Assembly: GCA_018714345.1 (NCBI GenBank)
Contig: DVNO01000006.1
Span: 7,233 to 71,232, forward strand
Direction of reading: 5' to 3'
DNA length: 64,000 bases
From: Candidatus Enterousia avicola
GTDB taxonomy: Bacteria; Pseudomonadota; Alphaproteobacteria; Rs-D84
Shown: positions 21,174 through 29,069 of the stretch, one piece after another
Numbering within the stretch: the stretch's first letter is position 1
How the letters are laid out: each line of letters starts with the position of its first letter
The notes under the pieces: generated by a model
Told to the model about the DNA's origin: nothing
What the model saw: the letters and a program-made list of their open reading frames with translations, nothing else
Databases searched by the model: none
Program-made: the position numbers and the translations under genes

Positions 21174-21795
21174 TTTTCCCTCTCCAGTTGTTTAATAACG
21201 TGACTAATGCTTGATACACAAAATCATATACACTTTTCGTTGGGTACTTTATTCCAGCTGCTGTCATGGCCTCTTTCTGTTTTTGTGTGGCATTCGCGTA
21301 TGGGAAAAGCCCGAACATGAACGGAAAAAACGTATAAATAAACTTGTTCTTGTCTGATTTACTCATTTGCGGGAAATAAGTGGCTAACAATTTTTCGAAG
21401 GTATCTAAAGCCCTTTTATATTCTTGCTTAAACAAAGTTAAATCTTCTAAGGTACAATTCTCTTCCAAGTCATACAAATTCATGGATAATAATTTTAATA
21501 GCGTCGGACGTTTTTCTAATGTCAAAGCTATTTTCTTTGAGAAGCCATCAACCCCCAGCTTTTCATTGCTCGACAATATAGAATCCATATCATCACACCA
21601 ATAAGAGTATTCTTCACGAAAAATTTCTAAGAAAATACTTTCTTTGGTAGCAAAATAATTATATATGGACGGTCGAGAAAAACTTGTAAACTCACTGATT
21701 TCTTTAATGGTTATTTCTTTAAAATTCATTTTTTGGTAAAGCGTCCGACAAGCTTTAACAATCTCTTCCCGACGTTTATCAACATTCGCTTGCAT
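21166..21795 (-). CDS. TetR/AcrR family transcriptional regulator
   Basis: N-terminal HTH ITIKEISEFTSFSRPSIYNYFATKE. 8-nt overlap with the flavodoxin gene. Confidence 0.85.
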   Translation of the reverse strand: MQANVDKRREEIVKACRTLYQKMNFKEITIKEISEFTSFSRPSIYNYFATKESIFLEIFREEYSYWCDDMDSILSSNEKLGVDGFSKKIALTLEKRPTLLKLLSMNLYDLEENCTLEDLTLFKQEYKRALDTFEKLLATYFPQMSKSDKNKFIYTFFPFMFGLFPYANATQKQKEAMTAAGIKYPTKSVYDFVYQALVTLLNNWRGKNE

Positions 21796-21813
21796 AAGCC
21801 ATCCCTTTCCGAA

Positions 21814-21867
21814 TCTGACACCGTGTCAGACAGTATAATAAATACACAAATTCTGACACCGTGTCAA
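21814..21867 (-). promoter_or_regulatory. Putative TetR operators overlapping the operon promoter
   Basis: Perfect 17-bp palindrome TCTGACA-CCG-TGTCAGA at 21814-21830, and a second copy TCTGACACCGTGTCA at 21852-21866. On the minus strand TTGACA (21867-21862), 17-nt spacer, TATTTA (21844-21839). One operator covers the -35 box and the other lies between the -10 box and the ATG. Confidence 0.6.
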
Positions 21868-21906
21868 CACGATTTTTTCCTTATGCTATCAAATGACGGA
21901 AGACGA

Positions 21907-23175
21907 CTATTTTCCCCCAAAGGCAATATTCATTTTTACACCAGAGTCCGGTTCTTCAAAACTAACCAAGCCTGTTGCTTCTGTTGGGACCCCAGTCTCA
22001 GGCATGGACGCATAATACCCAACAGTCATTTTAGCACCAGTAGCACTAAAATCCCCTTCAATGTCACCATTAAATTTGGCAACATTATTCTGATTCTCAT
22101 AATTAGTAAACTCAATAGTCCCACTAGAATCATTCTTGACCACAACATCATACCAGTCATCAAATGTAGCACCCAATGTGCTAATCCCAGTTTCCTTATT
22201 AAAACCAAGCGTTGCATCACCCACTAAATTCACAACTTCGTCGCCAGACGAAGCGGTACCTATCGCCGCCCCCTTAAATTCTACATCATGCGCAATATTT
22301 TCCGGTGCAATACTATGCTCGCTATACCCACCAGCAAAAGGTACAGTTGCAACAAGTACCTGTATTGAAGAATTTTCTGCTAATTCTTTTGACTCAGCTT
22401 GACTGTATACACCAAAATCAGAATAAGATAAACCAAGAGTCTTACCTATAGAATTATACATAAGCGACTGCTTTAAAAAATCATCATCTTTTAATACAAT
22501 ATTATAAAATTCTCCGCCTTCACCCCTATTATTATAGGATTGAGATACGCCTTCTTTATTTAATGTCGCTCCAACTATCATACCAGTTTCATCATCAACT
22601 ATAAATTTTATCTTAGCCCCGTCTACCGCGTTCAAAACTGCATCTCCTGCATTGAGCGAAGTTGTGTTTTCTTTTATTTCTTGAGATATATTACTAAACT
22701 CATTTGGGAACTCGTTCCGCCATTCCACAAAACATTCCGCAGCCGCACCTACCCCCGCACCGTTAAAGCATCTATTCAATCTATTATCAACAACATATAC
22801 GGCCATATGCATTAAAGTAAGGTTCTTACCAAAATACTGCTCTATTTCCTGTACTGTCCTTTCACCGTCCGTCAACCACGCTGCCGCATTGGCAATATCC
22901 ATAAGAGGAATTCTGTTACCAATATTTGGATTGTAAACACTCCACGAGTTTAACCTATAAGTTATGTAATCTTCGGTTATATTTTCCGTACGGGAAAGCA
23001 TTCCAGTTACCTTAGAATTACTCTCTACCACCGTATTTTTAAAGGGCGTTGTTGGATTTGTCGGCCAACCAAGAGAATTATATTCTCTATCTTTATACGG
23101 ATAATCTATGCTTCCCCCATTGTCAGCACATGCACTAAGCACCAATAATGATATAAAAAGTAGTATTCTTCGCAT
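21907..23175 (-). CDS. Surface-lipoprotein-like protein with TbpB/fHbp-type C-terminal beta-barrel
   Basis: Lipobox LLVLSAC. The C-terminal ~150 aa (LSYSDFGVY...PFAGGY...VEFKGAAIG...LVGDATLGFN...ATFDDWYDVVV...ATGLVSF...MNIAFGGK) follows the 8-strand barrel pattern of transferrin-binding-protein-B-like lipoproteins. Confidence 0.6.
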   Translation of the reverse strand: MRRILLFISLLVLSACADNGGSIDYPYKDREYNSLGWPTNPTTPFKNTVVESNSKVTGMLSRTENITEDYITYRLNSWSVYNPNIGNRIPLMDIANAAAWLTDGERTVQEIEQYFGKNLTLMHMAVYVVDNRLNRCFNGAGVGAAAECFVEWRNEFPNEFSNISQEIKENTTSLNAGDAVLNAVDGAKIKFIVDDETGMIVGATLNKEGVSQSYNNRGEGGEFYNIVLKDDDFLKQSLMYNSIGKTLGLSYSDFGVYSQAESKELAENSSIQVLVATVPFAGGYSEHSIAPENIAHDVEFKGAAIGTASSGDEVVNLVGDATLGFNKETGISTLGATFDDWYDVVVKNDSSGTIEFTNYENQNNVAKFNGDIEGDFSATGAKMTVGYYASMPETGVPTEATGLVSFEEPDSGVKMNIAFGGK

Positions 23176-23239
23176 TGTAACCTTCCTTTATTAAAAGGTT
23201 ACAAGAATAAATTACTAGTTGTCAAAGTAATATTTTGAA

Positions 23240-25024
23240 TTATTTGGCTTCTGTGTTGCACTTGAACTGCATGTCATACAAAGTCTTATAGGCACCGCAT
23301 TCGTGTTGCATTAACTCTTCGTGCGTTCCCGCCTCTACAATCTCGCCCTGATTTACAACAACTATCTTCGACGCGTTCCTTATCGTTGATAATCTATGCG
23401 CTATAACGAATACAGTTTTATCTTTCATTAAGTTTTCTATAGCCTGTTGAACAACTGCCTCTGACTTATTGTCTAGCGCAGAGGTTGCCTCGTCCAATAT
23501 CAATATCGGTGCATTCTTCAAAAATGCACGAGCTATTGCAACACGCTGCTTCTGACCACCAGATAACAAAATTCCACGCTCGCCAATCTGAGTGTCTAAA
23601 CCTTTCTTTAAACTGTGCACAAACTCTTCCAAACACGCCATTTTTATAGCCGTATTCAATTGTTCTTCCGTGGCATTTTCATTTCCAAGCATTATGTTCT
23701 CGCGTATTGTCCCCGCAAATAAGAAGTTATCTTGAAACACAACACCTATGTTTTGACGCAAAGACTTTAATGAAAAATCTCTGATATCTGTTCCATCTAT
23801 CAAAATTGCGCCTTTCGTCGGATCATAAAACCTAGGCAACAGACTTACTAGCGTCGTCTTTCCCCCACCAGAATTACCAACAAATGCAACTATTTCGCCT
23901 TGGTGCACCGTAAGATTTATATTTTTTAAAATTGGTGTTCCCCGGTTATATTCAAAGCACAAATCCTTAAAGACTATCTCTTTATGTGTTGCTGGCATTT
24001 CTATGGCACTTGGTTTATCAGAGATAGTTGGCATACTATCCATGATGTTAAACACACGCTCGATAGCCATAAAAGACATAAGAACAGAATTATAATTAGA
24101 CCCCAAACTTTTCATTGGGTTATACAACATTATAAGCGCTGTCAGGAAGGATACAAAACCACCGCTAGTTATTATGCCATTTAGAACCAAATAAGAGCCA
24201 AACCATATTGCCGCACCAATACCAATAGACAAAATTATGTGCATTACAGGCGTCAACCACCTAGTACGCTGAACCATCTTCATCTGCAAGTTGAAAACAC
24301 CGTCCAGTATCTTCTTAAACTTGTTTTCCTGATATTCAGCTAAGTTATAGGAAGTTATCGTTTTATTACCCGCATAAGTTTCGTTATACGCCGTCATTAA
24401 AGAAGATTCCGCCACCAAAGAGCTATCAAAAACAGACTGTATTTTCTTCTTTAATGTCGTCATAGGAAGAAAAGCAACAACCAAAATCGTCACACAAACC
24501 AACGCCAACTGCCACGAATTATAAAACAAAACAAAAATCAAAGATAACGCAGTAAATACTTTTTGAACGAAGTTCTTTAAATTAGTCAATAACCCTGCAC
24601 ACGCTGCATCGGCATTTCTATTAAACATTTGAAGAATGTCACCAGAGTTCTTGGTATTGAAGAAATTTGTCTCGAACCCCAACATCTTTTTGTACAAATC
24701 TAATTTTAATAGATTTGTAATCTTGGCACCAACCCATGTATTTAGATAATTTGCCGCGTAAGTCAATGCCCCCTGCAAGGACGTAAATAATACAATTACC
24801 AATGGAATGTACCATGCCGCCTCGATGGATTTGTCTACCATTACCAAATCCATGTACGGCTTCAAGGACATGGCTATCACGCCCTCTAATGCACCAATCG
24901 GCATGGCTAATAAAATAGACAACAAACCCTGACGCCAATACGGTTTTACATACGGCCACATCCGCTTATAATTATTTACGAACGCATTTCTTGCCAGTTT
25001 ACTAAGACTACTTTCTTTTGCCAT
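23240..25024 (-). CDS. Fused TMD-NBD ABC exporter (MsbA/PglK/NdvA-like)
   Basis: Six N-terminal TM helices. Walker A GNSGGGKTT, signature LSGGQKQRVAIARA, Walker B ILILDEATSALD. Confidence 0.85.
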   Translation of the reverse strand: MAKESSLSKLARNAFVNNYKRMWPYVKPYWRQGLLSILLAMPIGALEGVIAMSLKPYMDLVMVDKSIEAAWYIPLVIVLFTSLQGALTYAANYLNTWVGAKITNLLKLDLYKKMLGFETNFFNTKNSGDILQMFNRNADAACAGLLTNLKNFVQKVFTALSLIFVLFYNSWQLALVCVTILVVAFLPMTTLKKKIQSVFDSSLVAESSLMTAYNETYAGNKTITSYNLAEYQENKFKKILDGVFNLQMKMVQRTRWLTPVMHIILSIGIGAAIWFGSYLVLNGIITSGGFVSFLTALIMLYNPMKSLGSNYNSVLMSFMAIERVFNIMDSMPTISDKPSAIEMPATHKEIVFKDLCFEYNRGTPILKNINLTVHQGEIVAFVGNSGGGKTTLVSLLPRFYDPTKGAILIDGTDIRDFSLKSLRQNIGVVFQDNFLFAGTIRENIMLGNENATEEQLNTAIKMACLEEFVHSLKKGLDTQIGERGILLSGGQKQRVAIARAFLKNAPILILDEATSALDNKSEAVVQQAIENLMKDKTVFVIAHRLSTIRNASKIVVVNQGEIVEAGTHEELMQHECGAYKTLYDMQFKCNTEAK

Positions 25025-25042
25025 AATGCTAACCTTTGGCTA

Positions 25043-25720
25043 TTACTGCCACTCTTCCTCTTTCGAGATATTTGTATCGTATGTTTGTTTTATACCACCG
25101 TCCATCAAATTATATTTTATCCACTTGCCTATTTTCTTTTTAGTTTGGGCACCTAAAATTCGTTCTATTTTTATTTCCCTTACCGCCATACTAAGTTTTC
25201 TTACATCTGGTGGTGGACTGTAAGGCTTTGCCGCCATAAAACGTAATGTCAACGTATTATCTTTTATTATACCGTTTGGTATTTCAATGACAAAAGGTCC
25301 ATCTAATCCAACACGCCATTCCCCCAGCTTTTCGTCGTTTGCGTAAACCGTAACTTCTTGATATTTATCTGTTTTCGGCGGAAAAACCCCGAACGCATCC
25401 ACAGTCAATCGTAAAGATGCATCTATGCTGTCTGGAATATACAAATTTATTATGGTATTCTTACCGACCGCACATCTATGCTCTGGTTCTTGACCGCCCC
25501 AACCATCGGACATTTTAACAAAATCCGCGCTGTTTCCACCCTCTGCAAAAGAAATTGTAGTCCCCAGAATATAAGGTTTATAAAGCTTTTTATCAATGGA
25601 AGTAGTCTTAATATCATTCTGCAACTGTCTGTTATATGCAAAACGATATCCACCCCACATAAGCAGCCCAAGAACTATGATGCCACCAATTATGATAAAA
25701 ATGCGGTATAGTTTCTTCAT
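25043..25720 (-). CDS. Membrane-anchored protein of unknown function
   Basis: One N-terminal TM (IFIIIGGIIVLGLLMW) and a ~190-aa soluble domain. Lies between the giant glycan enzyme and the ABC exporter on the same strand. Confidence 0.5.
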   Translation of the reverse strand: MKKLYRIFIIIGGIIVLGLLMWGGYRFAYNRQLQNDIKTTSIDKKLYKPYILGTTISFAEGGNSADFVKMSDGWGGQEPEHRCAVGKNTIINLYIPDSIDASLRLTVDAFGVFPPKTDKYQEVTVYANDEKLGEWRVGLDGPFVIEIPNGIIKDNTLTLRFMAAKPYSPPPDVRKLSMAVREIKIERILGAQTKKKIGKWIKYNLMDGGIKQTYDTNISKEEEWQ

Positions 25721-25734
25721 AAATACTTCACCAA

Positions 25735-28662
25735 TTATTGTCCAACGTATAAAGTGTCATTTAAGCAACATATTACATTTTTCTTTGTTAATTCCGCAAT
25801 TCTTTTCGCTTGCCCAGGATTAGATTCTATGAACACATTGGAATCTTTTATCTGTTTATATATTCCTGCTTTGAAATCCGCGTGCAACCCAAGTTTTTTG
25901 CGCTCTTCTGCAGTGCCATTGTACATGTATAACTTCTTGTACTTAACGCCATGCTTACTTAGCCACTCTTCCGTTTCTTTACGATACTTTTCTAACCTGG
26001 ATGTCACTATGTACCCAATCGGTCTATTAGGCAAAAACAGAGGTCTTGCATTTTTTACAAATTTAAGATAGTTCTTACCATCATCATTTTCTTTTTCGGT
26101 CGGATCAACACATAAAACACCATCCATATCATAACAAGCACTTGACATAAAACCATGATATAGATAATTCCACTGGAACATTCTTGGTTGTGGCAGTAAC
26201 TGCAAGGCAATATCAACATGCTTTGTTGCTTCTGCCCCAGAAGTGTATACCGCACAAAATACGAACTTGTATTTCCCTTCGAACGGTTTTAACTGCTCTT
26301 TAACCAGCTCCATCGCCATACCGGTATTTACACTATCATCAATAACCAAAATTTTGCGAATTACATCACTTGAACCAGTCTTTCTTACACCAGAGTTTCC
26401 TAAAATGCCATGCGTAAATTCTGGCAAAGAACAAACTTTCTTATTCAATGCCAAACCGATAACATATGCCGGTATCATACCTGAACGTGGTATACCAACA
26501 ACCAAATCAATATCTGATGGCAACAAAGAAATATTGCTTTTTATATCCACAGCCAAATTGTTGTACGTTTTGTAATTTATCTTCATAGGCTTTTTTTCAA
26601 TTTTCTTTGGAGCCAGCGGTCTATTCTCATATTTACCGTACTTTTCATAATGTAATAACGGGTTCATATTTGCCTTGAACACGTCAGGATTACGCTGAAA
26701 ATAACGTTCGGTATAAAATACAGGTCCTGGGTTTCTATTTTCTTTCCACCCAAACACTAAATAATGTTGAGCAGGATCCATTTTTGCTTCTGCAACATCT
26801 GGATACTTTTTCAAATACCACTTCTTATCAAAATACTTAGAGTGCCGGATATAATAAATATCTTTATGTTTTATTAACTCTTTTCTTTTAAACTCATCTA
26901 AATACGCTTTAAACCTTTTAAATTTAGTTGCCATTGTATCTGCCCCCAAAATATTAAGTTTCCTATCCGCAACCATTATGCCAAACATTGTTTCTAAGCT
27001 ATGCGCCAAAGATAATGTATCGCCTGTCTTTGAAACCGCGTCAAAATCGCTGGACTTAAAAGGATAATTTTGAAATTTGTATAAAAGGTCTGCTCGCATC
27101 ATAAACATAGTGCCTGCACAGAACTTGGCACTGCTGGAATACCTTATTCCTAATTTTTCTGCCCAAAATTTCGTAGCCGCACGCCTAGCAACATTTTCTG
27201 AATTTATTATTAAATTTTTACAGCAGACCATGCCAACTTCGTTGTTTTTGAACTCTTTCAAGTTTCTTTTGAAAATATGCTTACTGCCAATTAGCGTATT
27301 TACAAGATCATTTCTCCAATCGTTGCCTATATAATGTATACCGTTCTTTATATACTCCGTATCCCTACGATTCTTCGTATGAACTTTTAATATAACATCA
27401 TAATCAGCCAGCGATACTTTCTGCAAAACTAACCAAAATGGATAAACATCATAACCACGATTAGGAACTTTCAATATATTTGCATCCCGTTTAAATTTCT
27501 TTATTTTTTTCTCAACCGCCTCGTTCAACTCTGCAACCGTAACCCATAAATCATATTTACAGCTTACATTCTTCAATCTCGCCAAAAACCAATCTAGTTG
27601 ATCTTGATAAAATAAATGCAAATGAACAAGAACTTTATTAGTATTATATTTTGTTAAATCAGGCTTATAATTATGCACAATCATTTTAAAATCTGAACGC
27701 GTACGAAGACTTTTTTTATCTATTGGATAGTGTTTTATATTTAATTTCCAAAGTAAATAATTAAAGCTTAATTGATCTCTTCTAGAATAGTTTTCAATGA
27801 AATCCCACCACTTATCACAAAGTTCTTTTATCTTAGAATCCCCATGATTTCTTAACAATACATTCGTCTCGTACAATCCGTTATGTTCTGGATATTTATC
27901 TGCCTTTAAAACTTCCATTTGCTTGTTTATCAAAGCCGGATTATCTTTACCAGATATTATACACATATTGGCTTCGTCATAGATACAATCCCGCTTAGGA
28001 TGTAAAGCAATTGCAATTTTGTGCTTGGCCTTAATATGTTTCTCAATTAAATTATATATTGCGGGACCGCTTATTTGAATATTACTATCAATCCAAACGG
28101 AATAAGCATAGTTCGGGAACAACAAATGCGGATGAGTTTTATGCCATCTAGCATTTCTTACAGAATCGGACTTGTTGAATGCCAATGGTCTTATTTCCCA
28201 CCATAAGTAATGCTTCTTTTTTAATAAATCTTTGCTGTCTGTAAACAACACATAATTATAGTCTGGTTTAGGATAAAAGTCTGTAACAATTTCATCATAT
28301 CCACCAGACATACATGAATAAATTACTTTGTTTATATTTTTTAATTTGTTGTGCTTTTTCCAATAATTATTGCTTACAACCTCAGCTATTTCTAATTCCG
28401 TTTTATATCCCTTGTCTCGTCCAATTGTTTCAAAGTGAACAAGTGGATTTTCTTTACAATCTGGGTGCCGCTTTAAATAACTTTCTGTGTCAAATTTTGG
28501 TCCAGGGTTTCTTCCCTCTTTCCACCCATCATTTAAATAGTGCGTTATTGGATCCACCTTAGCTTTTGCCACATCTGGATATTTTTTTAAATACCATTTT
28601 TTATCAAAATATTTAGATTTAGATACCGTCATATAATCGGAATTATGTTTTAGCTTTACCAT
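25735..28662 (-). CDS. 975-aa multidomain polysaccharide-biosynthesis protein (DUF616-like GT, RgpF-like, phosphoribosyltransferase, HAD phosphatase)
   Basis: aa ~100-320 IYSCMSGGYDEI... (DUF616-type). aa ~335-590 VHLHLFYQDQLDWF (rhamnan-synthesis-F-like). aa ~690-830 ILVIDDSVNTGMAM (PRPP-binding motif). aa ~835-975 CYDMDGVLC...IVTSR (HAD motifs I and II). A ~50-aa SKYFDKKWYLKKYPDV... module occurs twice. Confidence 0.8.
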   Translation of the reverse strand: MVKLKHNSDYMTVSKSKYFDKKWYLKKYPDVAKAKVDPITHYLNDGWKEGRNPGPKFDTESYLKRHPDCKENPLVHFETIGRDKGYKTELEIAEVVSNNYWKKHNKLKNINKVIYSCMSGGYDEIVTDFYPKPDYNYVLFTDSKDLLKKKHYLWWEIRPLAFNKSDSVRNARWHKTHPHLLFPNYAYSVWIDSNIQISGPAIYNLIEKHIKAKHKIAIALHPKRDCIYDEANMCIISGKDNPALINKQMEVLKADKYPEHNGLYETNVLLRNHGDSKIKELCDKWWDFIENYSRRDQLSFNYLLWKLNIKHYPIDKKSLRTRSDFKMIVHNYKPDLTKYNTNKVLVHLHLFYQDQLDWFLARLKNVSCKYDLWVTVAELNEAVEKKIKKFKRDANILKVPNRGYDVYPFWLVLQKVSLADYDVILKVHTKNRRDTEYIKNGIHYIGNDWRNDLVNTLIGSKHIFKRNLKEFKNNEVGMVCCKNLIINSENVARRAATKFWAEKLGIRYSSSAKFCAGTMFMMRADLLYKFQNYPFKSSDFDAVSKTGDTLSLAHSLETMFGIMVADRKLNILGADTMATKFKRFKAYLDEFKRKELIKHKDIYYIRHSKYFDKKWYLKKYPDVAEAKMDPAQHYLVFGWKENRNPGPVFYTERYFQRNPDVFKANMNPLLHYEKYGKYENRPLAPKKIEKKPMKINYKTYNNLAVDIKSNISLLPSDIDLVVGIPRSGMIPAYVIGLALNKKVCSLPEFTHGILGNSGVRKTGSSDVIRKILVIDDSVNTGMAMELVKEQLKPFEGKYKFVFCAVYTSGAEATKHVDIALQLLPQPRMFQWNYLYHGFMSSACYDMDGVLCVDPTEKENDDGKNYLKFVKNARPLFLPNRPIGYIVTSRLEKYRKETEEWLSKHGVKYKKLYMYNGTAEERKKLGLHADFKAGIYKQIKDSNVFIESNPGQAKRIAELTKKNVICCLNDTLYVGQ
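26723..26846 (-). repeat. Intragenic repeat copy 2 (SKYFDKKWYLKKYPDV...GWKENRNPGP module)
   Basis: Hand alignment with 28499-28622 gives about 92 of 122 identical nucleotides without gaps. Confidence 0.8.
28499..28622 (-). repeat. Intragenic repeat copy 1 (SKYFDKKWYLKKYPDV...GWKEGRNPGP module)
   Basis: See 26723-26846. Both copies encode the same ~41-aa motif preceding a catalytic block. Confidence 0.8.
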
Positions 28663-28742
28663 GATAAAATCCCCAGTATTTTATTTCTTATGACAGTATA
28701 AACAGAACAATAATAAAATCAAGTTTTTTGACACGAAAAATT

Positions 28743-28770
28743 AAAAAAACTGGGCATTTTGCCCAGTTTT
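28743..28770. terminator. Bidirectional intrinsic terminator
   Basis: A7, actgggc-atttt-gcccagt hairpin, T-run. On the minus strand it directly follows the stop of 28770..29069. Confidence 0.75.
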
Positions 28771-29069
28771 TACTTTTTAGGATATTTTTGTTTTATGCGA
28801 CTAATAGTATCTTCCCATATATTGCTCCCATTAACTTTATCCCAATATATCATATCTAGCTGATCTGGTATAGATGGGTACTCTGCCAATCGTAATTCTA
28901 TATAATTTTTTTCACGTGGTATTGGTGCATAACCTCGCTCATATGCGAACCCATCCTGGGAAATTTCTATATCTTCTATTTCTATATTAAACCCCAACAT
29001 TGACGCAATATTAGAATCATCCGTGTAAGAGCCAAGTTTATGATCTGTAACTTTATTCGTGTAATACAT
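28770..29069 (-). CDS. Small protein coupled to the tail-fibre-like gene (phage-accessory-like)
   Basis: 99 aa. Its start codon abuts the stop of 29070..29900. The C-terminal PDQLDMIYWDKVNGSNIWEDTISRIKQKYPKK resembles motifs I recall from small phage tail-region proteins, but I cannot name the family. Confidence 0.45.
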   Translation of the reverse strand: MYYTNKVTDHKLGSYTDDSNIASMLGFNIEIEDIEISQDGFAYERGYAPIPREKNYIELRLAEYPSIPDQLDMIYWDKVNGSNIWEDTISRIKQKYPKK

